Source of the DNA: Balamuthia mandrillaris
Taxonomy: Eukaryota
Length of the DNA: 64,000 bases
Direction of reading: 5' to 3'
Assembly: GCA_031835245.2 (NCBI GenBank)
Contig: JAVKOQ020000013.1
Coordinates: 248,001 to 312,000, forward strand
Made by a program: the position numbers and the translations under genes. This document shows, piece by piece, positions 12,274 to 25,289 of the stretch. The notes under the pieces were generated by a model that ran no database searches, was not told the origin of the DNA, and was given only the letters and a program-made list of their open reading frames with translations. Within the stretch, counting starts at the first letter, position 1; the number at the start of each line of letters is the position of its first letter.

Positions 12274-15200
12274 CACTTTTTATCCTCTTGGATGCTGTTT
12301 GTGAGAGCTTGTTCTGAATTGTTTCCTTGTCTTTTTCCCATCGCACTCACCAAAACTCTATATGTTACTGCTTTCTCTGTTGGTGTTGACGAATTACAGT
12401 GGTGCCACCTGAAAACTGCGAAGAAGGAATAGATCCTATGGACCTAAAGTGGAAGTATAGAGGCCCACCAGACTCTCACTGCGCCGAAGACCCTTTCATA
12501 GGGTCGTGCTTTCAGCAGGTTTGCGGTGAAGAAGCTCTGGATGCTCATCTTCTTCTTTTGGACTCGGAACGGGAGAAGCACATTTCATTGGGACGGGAAT
12601 GGAGCTATCCTTCCATTAAGCCTGGCCATGTCTTACTTCATAAGAATTTGGCCAAGCAGGTACTTATTTCTCTTCTTCGTGCTTCGCTCATCGATCTTCT
12701 TTCTGCGTTCTTCCTTTCAGTACTCTCTTTCATATTTCTTAGTCTTTTTGCTTCCTTTCTTGCTTCTTGCTGCTTTCTGCGTTCTTCTTTTCTTACGCAG
12801 CCACTCAACACAAACTCAAACCCAAAAACCCAAACCAACCACAGTTAAAAGTTAAAAATGGGGATATAATTTATATGGTAATGGAGCTTTGGGACTTTTT
12901 CCCAGGTCTCTACGAAAAGCTCATGGAAGGTCTTTACGAAACGGACGACATTTATGTGTTCAGCGAGTGTTATTTTGCGCTCACCGTACAAGGCATCTAC
13001 GACGATCCGATGGGTAAAACAGAAGTCTCCAAGACCAACACCTTAATGATGGAATACAAGACGATGCTTCAAACGGTCTTTCAACAGATGCATCCGGACG
13101 TTCCAACCGAGATTCGACAAAGATGGAACCAAACGAACCTTTATGAGTATGCAAGAAGCATTGTACTGAACTATCCACCACCGAGAAGAAATATCTATCT
13201 CGACAATGACGTGGAGGCCATAAGAAAGGTTCCTCCTTCTTTTCTTATTGTTTATTGCCGCATTGCTTTATCCCCTTTTCATCAGTGTTTGCGTTACCAT
13301 TTTTTCTCAGTTACTCATATTGCATTTTCTCCCTCTCTCTCTCTCTCTTAGAGAGCAGAAAGGTTCGCGTCCAAGGTTGCCCATCGCATTGGTTTTGACC
13401 AAATAGACATGGACATGCCAGTGCTGAGCGCGTTGAACAAGACCAAGTTCTTCTCCATGTTCTTGGGCCTCATCTTGAACGTGGTCATCGCTATCCTGCT
13501 CTTTCTCAGCGCGTTGCTCATCTACAGTCTCCTCATGGTTAACGTGGAAACAAGGACCTTTGAAATGGGTGTCATGCGCATGATTGGCACTACTCGTTCT
13601 GGTGTTATCCAACTTCTTCTCTGTCAAGGTTCTTTGCTTCTTTATTTTCTTGTCGCTTCCTTGCCTCCTTGCCTTCTCTCTGTCGCTTTCTTTCTTCATG
13701 TTATCTTGACACCTTGTCTACTACTACCAAATCAAAACACAAAATAGCGTTTTCATATGCGGCACCATCGTGGGTATTAGGTCTAGTGGTAGCCCAATGC
13801 CTGATGTTCGTGGTGAAAGTGGCCTTTGAGGCTGCAGCGGGCGCCACCGTAGACGTCCAGTTGACATGGCCGGCCATCCTGTTAGCAACAGCGTTGGGCA
13901 TCCTCGTCCCTGCCATTGCTGCCATCTTTCCCATTCGTCACGCCCTCAGTAAGAACCTCCACGATTCTCTAGACATTAAACGCAACAAGGTTCAAGCTGT
14001 CTCCGTAAGTTTGGAACGTTCGGAGGATGCTTCCTTCAACTGGAGCGTTGTCATCATTGGCTCATTTATGGCGCTTGTGGGTGCTGGGATCTATTACGTG
14101 TTTCCTTTGTCGCTGCTTACGATGAATCTCACGTTCCTACTGAACATGTTCTTCACTTTGTTGATCGGTTTGTTAGCACTTTTTACTGCTATCTCCTCTC
14201 TTCTCCGCTTCTATTCTTTGTTTGTCGGGCATTCTAATTTTTGGATCCAAACAAAGGCATGTTGCTTGGATTGGTAATGCTGTCTCTCAACTTGCAGCCT
14301 CTCATAGAGAGAGTGCTGGTGGCAGTTCTGCTATGCTGGGAAAAAACCGCCATCCGAGCGGTAGTACTGAAAAACTTGGTGGCCCATCGCCCACGTAACC
14401 GCAAGACCACCATCCTTTACGCCCTAAGCTTAGGCTTCATCATCTTCATTATCATTTCCTATCAAAGCACCATCACTTCGTTTGTGAGGATGAAGGAGCA
14501 GGAGCATGGAACCTACTTGCAAGTATCGGCCAGTGGATTGGTGGATGATGGAGAGGAGGAGGAAGTAAAGCGGATTAATAACCTTTATGAACTGGAGAAA
14601 GTGTGTTCGGGAAATTCTGCTGTCACAGGTTTGCTTGTTGTTATTCTTCTTCTTCTTCATTCTCTTTATTGCTATACGTTTTCTTTGTTGTGACATTTTC
14701 CATAACTCAACAAAAAACCAACTTAAAAGGTTGCAGTTGGGTAACGCATGAATGGGATGATGCGGTCAGAGGAGCAGCAGGATCGCCCACCATGTATACC
14801 TTGGGCTTGACGTTCCACGATGGGCAGGACCTAAAGGGCATCGCCCCAGGGTTCTTCGACGTGGTCTTTCCAGAGTACTTGGTCATCCATAAGTATCGCG
14901 GCTACCCTCTTGGCATGAGTCTCTCCGAGCAGCTTTATACCGTACGGGGATCCAGCCGAGCTATTGTACGCTCTTCTTTCTTCTCTTCTTTTCTTTTCCC
15001 TCATGCTAACTTGTTCTTTAAAAACCTTAACAAAAAAACAAACAGATGGGCTCGTTGTATACATCAAAACTGAAGCTGGATCTCGATACGCCGTTCATAT
15101 GGAAGTTCGAGTACGATAGCGACGAGGCGGCAGCGCTCAATCTGTTGTCTACGCAGAACCTGACCATCATGGAGCCGCTCGCTTTCCTCAACACGTGTCC

Positions 15201-15870
15201 CAAGTTCCGAATGTCTCCCTTTCCCAGTGAGACCCATCAGGACGCCCTCGTTTCCTATCCCACATATCTTCGCCGCTCTTCTGGCTTGTTCTGGTCCGTG
15301 GAGGAGCTTCCGATGCGACTCTTTCTTGTCCAGACCAAAAAGGACGCCAGCGGCTCTGCCCTCGATGGGGTGGTAAAGGACCTAAAAGCCGCCATCGCGG
15401 GCCAAAACGGTCTGGACATATGGGACTATCGTGACGTGGTGGGTCCCCTGGTCACCGCCCAAACGATCCTCACCTACTTCTTTGGCTTCACCACCCTGGT
15501 CGCCATGCTCATCGCCTCCTTCTCCCTGACCTCCTCCATGTACACCAACATCTACGAGCAGAGCAAGGAGATCGGCGTGATGAGGGCCATCGGCATTGGC
15601 AAGTGGTGGCTGCGCCGGATCTACCTCTACGAGGCCTTCATCCTGGTCTTGGCCTCCTCCTTCTTGGGCATCCTGATCGGCTCCGCCGTGGGCTACACGC
15701 TGGTGCTGCAGAGGATCCTTTTCAGCCAGATCCCCATCCCCTTCGAGTTCCCGTGGCTTATCTTGGGGCTGGTCTTCGTGGCCTCCATCCTGTTCTCCCT
15801 CCTGTCCTCTTTGGGGCCGATCAACGCCGTCATGCGTAAACCTATTGTGAATATTCTTCGTTTGTTTTGA
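11633..15870 (+). CDS. FtsX/MacB-type (ABC3) transporter permease, two permease halves, 7 introns
   Basis: Repeated motifs NVETRTFEMGVMRMIG and NIYEQSKEIGVMRAIG, each followed by three TM helices; large extracytoplasmic loops; no ATPase domain. Confidence 0.85.
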
Positions 15871-15959
15871 AGCACAAATGTTTATTTGTTTGTTGATGTC
15901 ACCACCTGTGGTAGAGGCTTGATATCCTCTCTCCCTCTCTCTCTCCCTGCTGTGAAGTA

Positions 15960-16214
15960 TTCAGTTCTCTTCGAGTGGGGATAGGGGCATTACACAAGAA
16001 AGAGAGGAGGAGGTCGGATACGGCCATACTGCGGAGAAAGCACCGCTTCCCGTCCGATCAGCGAAGTTAAGCTCCGCCAGGCGATGTCAGTACTGGGGTG
16101 GGTGACCACCCGGGAATCCATCGTGCTGTATCCTCCTCCTTTTTATTTATTGTCCTCATTACTCTTCCTCCTTTTTCTTCATTGTTCTTCGGATTCTCTT
16201 TCGCTGTTCATTCC
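15960..16214. repeat. Left arm of ~255-bp inverted repeat containing a 5S rRNA gene
   Basis: Near-identical to the reverse complement of 17395-17651. Confidence 0.95.
16016..16134 (+). rRNA. 5S rRNA (copy 1)
   Basis: 119 nt GGATACGGCCATAC...GAAGTTAAGC...AGTACTGGGGTGGGTGACC...GTATCCT; ends pair; T-run follows; very close to the Acanthamoeba 5S as I recall it. Confidence 0.97.
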
Positions 16215-17394
16215 CGGGTGGTCACCCACAGAAAAAAAAAGAAAAAGAAACACCGAAAACACGGAAAGCAAGCAACATGGGCGCTCACCTGGATACAGTA
16301 CGGGCAAATATATGGTGTTAGCGAGCGCGAAAGCATGATGGTAAGTCCCACCGGACTATGTCGTTCTTCTCAAGCAGCGACCACTGGGAAGAACTTGACT
16401 TGGCCTGGCATTTGGTACTGTAGAAACAGCGGGACAAGCGAGTGTGTGCGAACCCATGGACGAAAGGGTCACCACGCAAGCCAGCTGTTATTTTGATTTT
16501 TTGGGGGAAACAGTGGATCCTGTACGCTTGGTGGAAGAAATCAAGGAAAAACTTGGTGACGAAAAAGAAAAATTCCAAGACAACAAGGCCTGGTTAGGAG
16601 AGCGGTTGGGATCAAACGTTGTAAGACAGGACCCTTGCGGAGCTAGAGCACCTTCGTTTGATGTATTTTTTGATGCTACACACGGGTGCTCGCGGCAAAA
16701 AGACAGAAACTGTTTCTTCGCGTATCGCCAACAAAATTATCAATAAACGCAATATTTTCCGCAATATTTATTGTCGACAAAAACCTATCGGCATTATGTC
16801 ATGTCATAGTATTTTCATCTTTTTTGTGGACAGGGTGAAAAAGGATATTCGAGCATATGCTAATGTTCTGCTTTGCAGTCTAGAAGTGTTTGTGGGCAAC
16901 TCCCTGATTGCCGAAAAGTGGCCACCCCCCTGCGCCAAACGAGTCCAAAAGACGTTGCGACGCAACCACTGACCGAGTGGAAGAGCAATCAGGTCAACAA
17001 GATCGAAAGGAAGTATAAACAAAAAGCCCTAGAAATGGAGACCAAAGCGGATATCCGATTCCAAAAGCAGCTGAAAGCAATGAAGACAGAATTAGAGGCT
17101 GCACGAGACGAACTGAAGGCTGAACTGGAGGCTGAACGAAACGTTTGCTTCTCTTCCTTTTTTGACCGCCCTACATTCAACTTGGAAAGGTTTTCCATGG
17201 TGTTCAGCCTTTAGTTGTCTCTTTCAGCCTTGCTTTTTGGAGCTCTGGTACTGGTCCTTGTTTACCTCCTGTTCTGATAGTGGAATAGAGGAAAGAAGCC
17301 GTTTGACCGTCCTATATTCACAGTGTAATCAAGTTAGTCCATGAACCAAAACAAAAAAGTAGAGAGGAAGAGAGAAACACAAAAGGAGGATACA

Positions 17395-17651
17395 GGAATG
17401 AAGAGCGAAAGAGAACCCAAAGGAACAATGAAGAAAAAGGAGGAAGAGTAATGAGGACAATAAATAAAAAGGAGGAGGATACAACACGATGGATTCCCGG
17501 GTGGTCACCCACCCCAGTACTAACATCGCCTGGCGGAGCTTAACTTCGCTGATCGGACGGGAAGCGGTGCTTTCTCCGCAGTATGGCCGTATCCGACCTC
17601 CTCCTCTCTTTCTTGTGTAATGCCCCTATCCCCCACTCGAAGAGAACTGAA
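17395..17651. repeat. Right arm of inverted repeat containing a 5S rRNA gene
   Basis: Reverse complement of 15960-16214 with few substitutions or indels. Confidence 0.95.
17476..17594 (-). rRNA. 5S rRNA (copy 2)
   Basis: 119 nt; differs from copy 1 at two C/T positions (GTCAG/GTTAG and GTGCTG/GTGTTG). Confidence 0.97.
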
Positions 17652-17982
17652 GCTTTTGTTGGAAGTATTCACAACAGGGAGGCGAGAGAGGTGGTTGGTT
17701 TTTAAAGGCAAGCTCAGCAAGGCCGCCGCTCGCAAGGCCCCAAGAAAAGAGAGAGAGAGAGCAAGCAGAATGAATTGTTGACGACTTTCATGTCAGTCGA
17801 CAAAAATCCAGCCATTCTTCAGATGTTTAGCATTCCTAACATTCTTGAAAAGGCACAGAGAAAGCAAAAAGGGGAAAAAATCAGCCAAAGAAAGAGAAAG
17901 AGGAGCAAGGTCCTCTGCCACGGGTTTGGGTGTTCCTGTTTTTTGCCAAAAAACAAAAAGGACATAACCAAACGATAAAACC

Positions 17983-19008
17983 ATGGGAGAACGAAAGGTG
18001 TTGAACAAGTACTACCCGCCAGACTTTGATCCCTCCAAAATCCCCAAGCGCAAACGCCCCAAGAATGAGCAAATCAAAGTGCGCATGATGTTGCCGATGA
18101 GCGTGCGCTGCACCACCTGCGGGGAGTTCCTCTACGCCGGCAAGAAGTTCAACGCCCGCAAGGAGACGGTCATCGGGGAGGAGTACCTCGGCGTCAAGAT
18201 CTTCCGCTTCTACCTCAAGTGCACGCGCTGCTCCGCCGAGCTGACCATCAAGACGGACCCCAAGAACAACGACTACACTGCCGAGTTTGGCGCCACGCGC
18301 AACTTTGAGCCCTGGCGAGAGAAGGACAAGGCCCTAGAGGAGGCCAAGGAGCAGAGGGAGAAGGAGGAGGAGGGCGACGCCATGAAGGCCCTCGAGAACC
18401 GCACTCACGACGCCAAGCTGGAGATGGACATCCTGGACGCGCTGGACGAGATCAAGACGCTCAACGCGCGGCACGCTCGGGTGAACATAGATGAGGTGCT
18501 GGACTGGAGGCAGAGGACGGAGGCCCTGTCGGAGGAGGCGCGACGGGCGGAGGAGGAGGATGAGCGGCTGCTCCAGTCGGTCACTTTTCACCACTCCTCT
18601 GCCTTTGTGCGGCGGATAGAGGACGATGATGGCGAGGACGGTGAAAGCATCGTTGGTGATGGAAAACAGAAAGGGGCGGAAGAGGACGTTGTGGCAAAGG
18701 TCAACAAGTCGTTGGCAGAGGCAGCCATCCCATCCCTGTTTTCTTCGCTGTCTTCTTCGCAGTCCCTGCAACAACCCGATCAGATGACAACACATCGAAC
18801 AACGACCACCACAACAACAACAAAGAAGAAGCCTGCTAAACCGAACAAACCCCTTATCGTGGTTCGTGCGGCAAAGACCAAAAAAGACAAGAAACAAAAG
18901 ACAAACAGCGACAACAGCCAAGAAACCCCTCCCAAGGAAGAAGAAAAGAACAGGGATGGAGAAGCGGAAGATGAGGATGACGGTGGACTCTCCCTTGTAG
19001 ACTACTAA
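17983..19008 (+). CDS. YJU2: Splicing factor YJU2/CCDC94 (Cwc16), intronless
   Basis: [21 protein letters not shown], CxxC pairs (CTTC, CTRC), KFNARKE and KTDPKN. Confidence 0.95.
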   Translation: MGERKVLNKYYPPDFDPSKIPKRKRPKNEQIKVRMMLPMSVRCTTCGEFLYAGKKFNARKETVIGEEYLGVKIFRFYLKCTRCSAELTIKTDPKNNDYTAEFGATRNFEPWREKDKALEEAKEQREKEEEGDAMKALENRTHDAKLEMDILDALDEIKTLNARHARVNIDEVLDWRQRTEALSEEARRAEEEDERLLQSVTFHHSSAFVRRIEDDDGEDGESIVGDGKQKGAEEDVVAKVNKSLAEAAIPSLFSSLSSSQSLQQPDQMTTHRTTTTTTTTKKKPAKPNKPLIVVRAAKTKKDKKQKTNSDNSQETPPKEEEKNRDGEAEDEDDGGLSLVDY

Positions 19009-19057
19009 ACGAAACAAACACACTTTTTTTGAGAAAGAAATATCTAACAAACTTTTT

Positions 19058-22000
19058 TTACTGAAAGATTGAGCGATCGACGGAACGGATGGCAATGTTC
19101 TTGGTGCCAGGGCGCAAGTTCTCCTGGTTCAAGAAGTTCAACGGGAAGAACACCAAATGGCCCTTCACCTTTCGAAGCTCTCTCTCGCAGCGACGCTGCC
19201 GCTCTTCCTCTTCCTCCTCCGACGATTTGGTGGTCATCATGTCGAGCGTGGAGATGGCATCTTGTGGGATGTCCTCAAACAGCTTGTCAAATACGTTTGT
19301 GTTGCGCATTGCAGTGGCTCTCCACAAGCCTTCGTATATGGAAGAGACGACTGGATCACCAACATCCACATCAGATGAAGACGAAGGAGAGCCATCGTCC
19401 TCGAGAAGGCCTAAATGTTCGCGCCAAAGACGTTGACGGAGGGTGTGAGCGAAACGAGACACGGCGAAGGGTTTTCCTGCCATTTGGGACTCGATCATGT
19501 CCGTGTCGCGGATCACTGCTGCTATTTCGCTGTCTCTGTCTCCCTTGAAGCTATTGTGTGGTCACGTGAGGAAAGTTTAGGAGAAATAAAGATAAACTGA
19601 GCAAAGAAGGCACGGATTATACCTTCGGTCGTTGAGATTAGCAGAGCCAATGATGACCACCCGATCATCCACAATCATCAACTTGCAATGCACATAAACC
19701 TGCTCTGTGACATACTTGCCGTTTAACGTTCCAAAGCTCCTCAATGCATGGAAGCTAACAAAGTCGGAGACCTGCAAGTCCCTGTAGTATTGCTCCTCTT
19801 TGCTGCCGCTCTTGGCCTCCTTTCTCTTCCTCTCAATGAACTGCTGTAATCGCTCCAAAAGAGAAGTGCCACCACGAGAGATGGTGCTGTACTGCCACTG
19901 CATGATGTACCGAATGGAGGCGCTCTCATCAAAGGCGCCGTCAGGGTTGACCGGCAGAACAACCACCACACGAAAGGTCTCGCGACGAGTGATTGCCAAC
20001 TCCACTCTCTTGGCGATGTGCTCCACGACCACGTTCTTGACGCCGCCGCCGGCCAGAGAGGAGATGAAGTACTGGTTCTCAATGTAGATAAAGTGTTGGG
20101 CTTTGTCGATAACGTCGAGATAGGCCCTGTAGACCGAGGTTTCGGTCCTGTTACCTCCCGACCATTCCGCGATGCTACGAATGAGCTGTATGGAGACAGT
20201 GTTGCTATGGCTGCAATCCTCTCCGAAAACAGCAGAAAGTAACGAAGAAGAAGAACACAATGGATCGCAGGTCTTGATCATTATGTAAGGCACGGAGCTC
20301 TCCCCGTTGGATTCCTTGTGATGGTTCCACCGTTGGATAAAGTTCTTGGCCACATCTCTGGCGGCCCAGCCATCCATCGCCATATGGATGTCATGCCACG
20401 CCATCCTTGGTACCTCGTTCCGGTCTATATGCTCTGTAAAGGGCTTCTCCGGTTTGGTGATGCCCCTAACGCGCGGGTTGATATAGTCCAAGCCAGGCCA
20501 ACAAAGCTGTAGATGGCAATCATCCACAATGCGATGGCGGTGAGTGTCCCATCTGCCATAGCAAAGGTCCAAACCGCCGATGAAGGCCAGGTCCATGTCC
20601 ACCACCACGATCTTTTGGTGGTGACTCCAACTGAGCTGCAGTGCGTTGAGTGGAGGGTGACGAAGCACGAGGATGTTTGGGTGAAGCGAATTGAGGCGGC
20701 GTTGGGTGGAGGCGCTGTTGAGCTTGACGGCGATGCTCGTCTCGTTCCAGAGAATGACAAAAATCTTCACTCCCTGCTTGGCTTTTCGGAGGAGAAGGCG
20801 GTCGAGGCGGTTCTCTATGGTGGCGGAGTTAGCGTGACGGCGAAGGTAGATTTCTGGGACTAGGAACCAGTCCGTGATGAAGATGGTTTCTTGTGCGGCT
20901 TCCATTGCGGTAGCTATCGCGTCGAAGGTGTCTTCTCCATCCACAAACCTATGTTTGTTTTAAAATAAAAAAAAACAAATGAGTAGCTTGATAAAGAGAA
21001 CAAGGGGGAGGGAGAGGAACCATTTTGCACGAATGCCTTCCCGAACAGGAGAGTAAGAAAAATGGGGATTTTGTTTGAAGGCGTCTGTCCACTTGTAAAT
21101 GGTGCCAACCCACTCTCTGAGTTCTTCCTGAGAGCTGGCCGTAAACACTCGAGAGCCTTTCGTGGTTGTTATCTTCATCATGTTGCGAGAACTGTCCACT
21201 CTCAGAGAACATCCATCCAATGCAATCACCGCTTTGACTTCACTGAGGGAGGCTTTGGTGTTGTGATGATGTGGTGACAGAGGAGGAGAGGATTCTCCTT
21301 GTTCATGTTCTTTGCTCTCTCTTCCAAATTGGATGACGAGGTCTCTTGATCTGGAACTGCCAGTCCGTTCTCTTGCTGTTTCGTTACTTAATCTTTTGTT
21401 AAAAATGTGGGTTAGAGAGAATGAGGATGAGAGTGAGGGGAAGAAAATAACACACTTTCTTTGAGGAAAGTCGCCTTCCAAGTCATCACTGCTGTTGGCT
21501 GTTGTTTGAGTTGTATTGCTCGCTATCAAAGAACGTTTTGTAGCAGTGGCTGCGGCCGCCACCGCCGCAGTGGCTGTAACACTCCCTCCAGGAACTGCAG
21601 TACCGTTGGTCGGTGTTGATCTACGCACACTGCCGTGTGAATGCTTCTCCGAGGAAGTAGAAAAAGAAGAGCGCAAAGACGACGATGCCAATGACGAACC
21701 CGAACCTTTAGCATTCTCCATTGTGGCTGAAACGCTCTTTTGTGATGCGGAGGAACCACCTCTTGTCAACGGCGTTTCTGGTTCATCTGTGCTGTACACA
21801 ACCAAAAAGCCGTTATGTACCCAACACATTCTCCTCCGATTGCTCACCAGAACGCCTGTCCTCTCGCTGCTGTACTCTCTCTTCGGGTCCAAGATGCTTC
21901 CGGCAGTGACCTCGTTGGAGCTCTCGTCGATGGCTTTGACAGTCTGTCCTTCGCGAAGACGGAGACGAGAGGCAATGACGGTAGCGAGGTACTTGTAGAA

Positions 22001-23750
22001 CTTGCCAGCAATGTCCGGCTTCATAGTGAAGAGGACGTTGATGAAGTGGCCATCCACATAGAAGAGCTCCACTCCATCCTCGGCGGCCCACACCGCAGCA
22101 CTGGCGGGGCCTCCGTCCAGAAAGCTTATCTCACCAAAGGTCTCGGACTCTCCCATTATACCTAGAACTACCACTTCGTTGCCTTTTGCTGTTGTTTTTT
22201 TGTTGTTACATGAGTCAAAAAAAGAAATAAAAAGGACAAAGAGTTCACAATGTAAAAATGAAAGAGGAAAAGGGAATGAAGAAAACGTACTCTGTACAAC
22301 TTTACATGTGCCTTTGCTTACAAAGTATATTTTTTGGTATACTTGTCCCTCCTTCACGATGACATCATCTCGATTGTAGGTCTCACATTTAGCGCCTTTC
22401 AATAGGATTTCCCAATCCGTTTTGGTGAGCATGTACTTCTCCTCCGCTGATAACGTTGTCTCTTCTTGTTGTTTTTCCTCTTTTTCTGCTTTGACTTCTT
22501 GCGATGACTACAACGAAAACGTGTCAATAAAACTCGAAAGAAAACCTAAAGTACAAAAAAAGAAAGAAACAGAAACGATAACCAACAACAACAACAACAA
22601 AATAGAAAGCAGTAGGAACATTACACTAAGTGCGGTAGGTTGGGTAGCAGTAGGGCTTTTCTTTGAGTTTTGCCAAATGTTCTGCAAGAAATGAAAGCAC
22701 TCCTCTCCTTGCTTCAAGTGCTTGAAATAATACTTGTGTCGTTTGGTGGTGACGGTTATCTGTCCGTCTTTACTCTTTTCGATGGCACTCACTTTGCTCA
22801 AAGGAATGGCCTCTTTGGTCTTGGCGTTGAAAAACTTAGCAAAGAAGCAGATGTAGTTTTGTGAGACGTAGAGTCGTCCTCTCTTTCTTCCAAGAGCACA
22901 ACGGTAATCTGATAGTGCAGTAGTATTACATACAAGAATAAAATATTTGTAGTAAGAGTGCGGGAGAGAGAAGGCAGCGATGTACCTTTGATCACAACTT
23001 CTTCCTTTGGGAGGCCAAACCTTTTGGTAAACTTGCGATCTTTCTTGCTTGTACCGGTTGCCTGCATGGAAAGGTGATACGTTTGTTTGGATTATTTTTT
23101 ATTAAGTTTTTTTTTTTCGTTTGAAGAATGAAAAGAAACAAGAAAGAAACGCACCAATTCGGTGGACTTAGCACCAGGAGGAGCAGGCGCTTTCTTAGGC
23201 GGCGGTAACTCTCTCAACCGCTTCGCCAAGTTCTGTGCCAAGTTCATGTAAAACCTCTTCGCCAATGCCGGCTCTGTCTTGAACAACAAGCTCCATTCCT
23301 TGATACCCAACCTCCACGCCTCCACGTCAGTGCAAGCAATAACGGAGGCGCTGCTTAATCCATATTGATCCAACACGGACATCTCTCCAAGAATGGAGTC
23401 AGGTCCCATCGTAGCCAAAGTGATTTTGCTGCTTTTGTTACTTCCTCCTCCTTCGCCCACTTCCTTCTCAATGCGAACCTCTCCCGATTTGATGCGATAG
23501 AGGTAACGATTGTAGGTGCCCTCTTGGATGATGACATCGTTGCGTTGGAAGGTAACGAGGGAGGCCACTTCCACCACTTTGTACCAATCTTGAGCGGTAA
23601 GCTGGTTCTCTTCCGTAGGAACGTGCTCTTTACCCATCAGTTGCTCGGTTATGTTACATAGTGACATTTCGTCGTTCTCGTGAAGTCTTTCTATGATGCC
23701 CGTGCTGTTTTATTGGTTGGTTAGGACAACGAAAACGGAGCAGAAAATGG

Positions 23751-23792
<42 letters not shown>

Positions 23793-25253
23793 ACTTGGCT
23801 TCCTCGACATCGTAGGAGAGAGCCAGAAGTTCGTTGTATTGAAGGATTGGTGCATTCAACAGATAGTCAGCCACGTGTTTTACGGGTTGTAGGCTGAGCA
23901 GATAAAGCCGCTGCCTCTGCCATCTTTGAAATTCCAGTATCTTTTTGGCTAGACGACGAGCCTTGTCAAAGTTTATCAACTGGCCTTGGTCCTTTGTGTC
24001 GGTATTGGTTTCGTCAATCAGCACTAACTCCACCAAAAATGCAGCTATTATATGAGAGAATGAGAGGAAAGAAGTATTATAAGTTTCAAAAGTAAATGGG
24101 ATAGCCAGCAAGAGAAAGAGTACGAAGATAGGGAATAGCAGCGGTGGAAGTTCCAAGTTTCTTCAGTGCCCGGCGATAGTTTCTAAAATTCCTGGATGGG
24201 TGCATAAGTTGCGTTAATGCTTGGAAGTGTTTGTAGGTTTCCGGTGACAAATACTATGAAAATACAAAGAACAAAACATAAAGCAAGTTTAATAAGCGTA
24301 AAAGGAACGAGATAGAAGAAGAGGATAGGAACCTGCCAAGTTTTAGTGAGACGGATGACGGGAGTGGAGTGAAGGGCCGTAAGTATCTCCATCACTCCCG
24401 TAAAATTATTCAGTTTCTCACAAACCTGTTTTTTTTTTAGGTTAGTTGGTAAAAAGGAGTCCACCAAATTAAAACATTCTAGTAAAACAATACCAAAGCT
24501 ATTTGCACAAACTTCGTAATAGCAGCTGCACATCGCTCCACAGTGGCTTGTGTAATTATCTCCGTTATTACCCAATACGATGTCTTTTTTAATGTTCACT
24601 TTTGTTAGCAATCCCTTTAGAAAGAACGTGAGAGAGAGAGAGAGAACCTGCTTGAACCACATCTCATAAGCCAACACATTGGGAGCATCTCTCTTCCTGC
24701 TAACGCTCAGCCACGCTTGTCGCAAGAACTCGTGTGGACGCATGGCACTAATCAAGTTATACTCCTGTAGCGTGAGCTGGTGAGCAATCTCCTCTGCCGA
24801 TAACTTCGCAAACTTGACAACGGCGCGATGAAAGTGTTGCTTTGGCAGAACTCCACCAGGATTGCGTACTGGCGGCGGGTGGACGAGATGATCTGTAGTG
24901 TATTTTTGGATCTCGGCGCGAAGTATTTTGGAAGCTTGTCGCAACATGCGGATGGCTTGGTTGTGCTTGACTTTGGGCACCTCCTTCATGAAGGCCTTGA
25001 GACGGCCTTGTAAAGGAATGTCTTCCACAAAGTCTTCGATTCGAGTGGCCAGCCAGCGATTTAACATTATTGCAACACTATTATCGTTTGTTGAATAAGG
25101 ATTGAAGATTTCGAGAAACTAAAAGAAAAAGCGTACCCCGTCCAGATTTTGTCCTTGTGAGACTGAAAGTTACATCTCACTTGCTCTCCGTGCATATTGG
25201 GGCATGGACCTCGAAACGTGAAGAAGAAAGGTCAAGGAGAGGACGAACATAGC

Positions 25254-25289
<36 letters not shown>

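Noticed and set aside
16839..16848. ATATCCTTTT on the minus strand inside the 5S insert
   Set aside because: No supporting minus-strand gene and no clear branch site or AC acceptor.
15954..17671. GAAGTATTCA on both sides of the 5S cassette as a target-site duplication
   Set aside because: It overlaps the left arm and lies within the extended inverted similarity; a quasi-palindromic micro-inversion explains it equally well.
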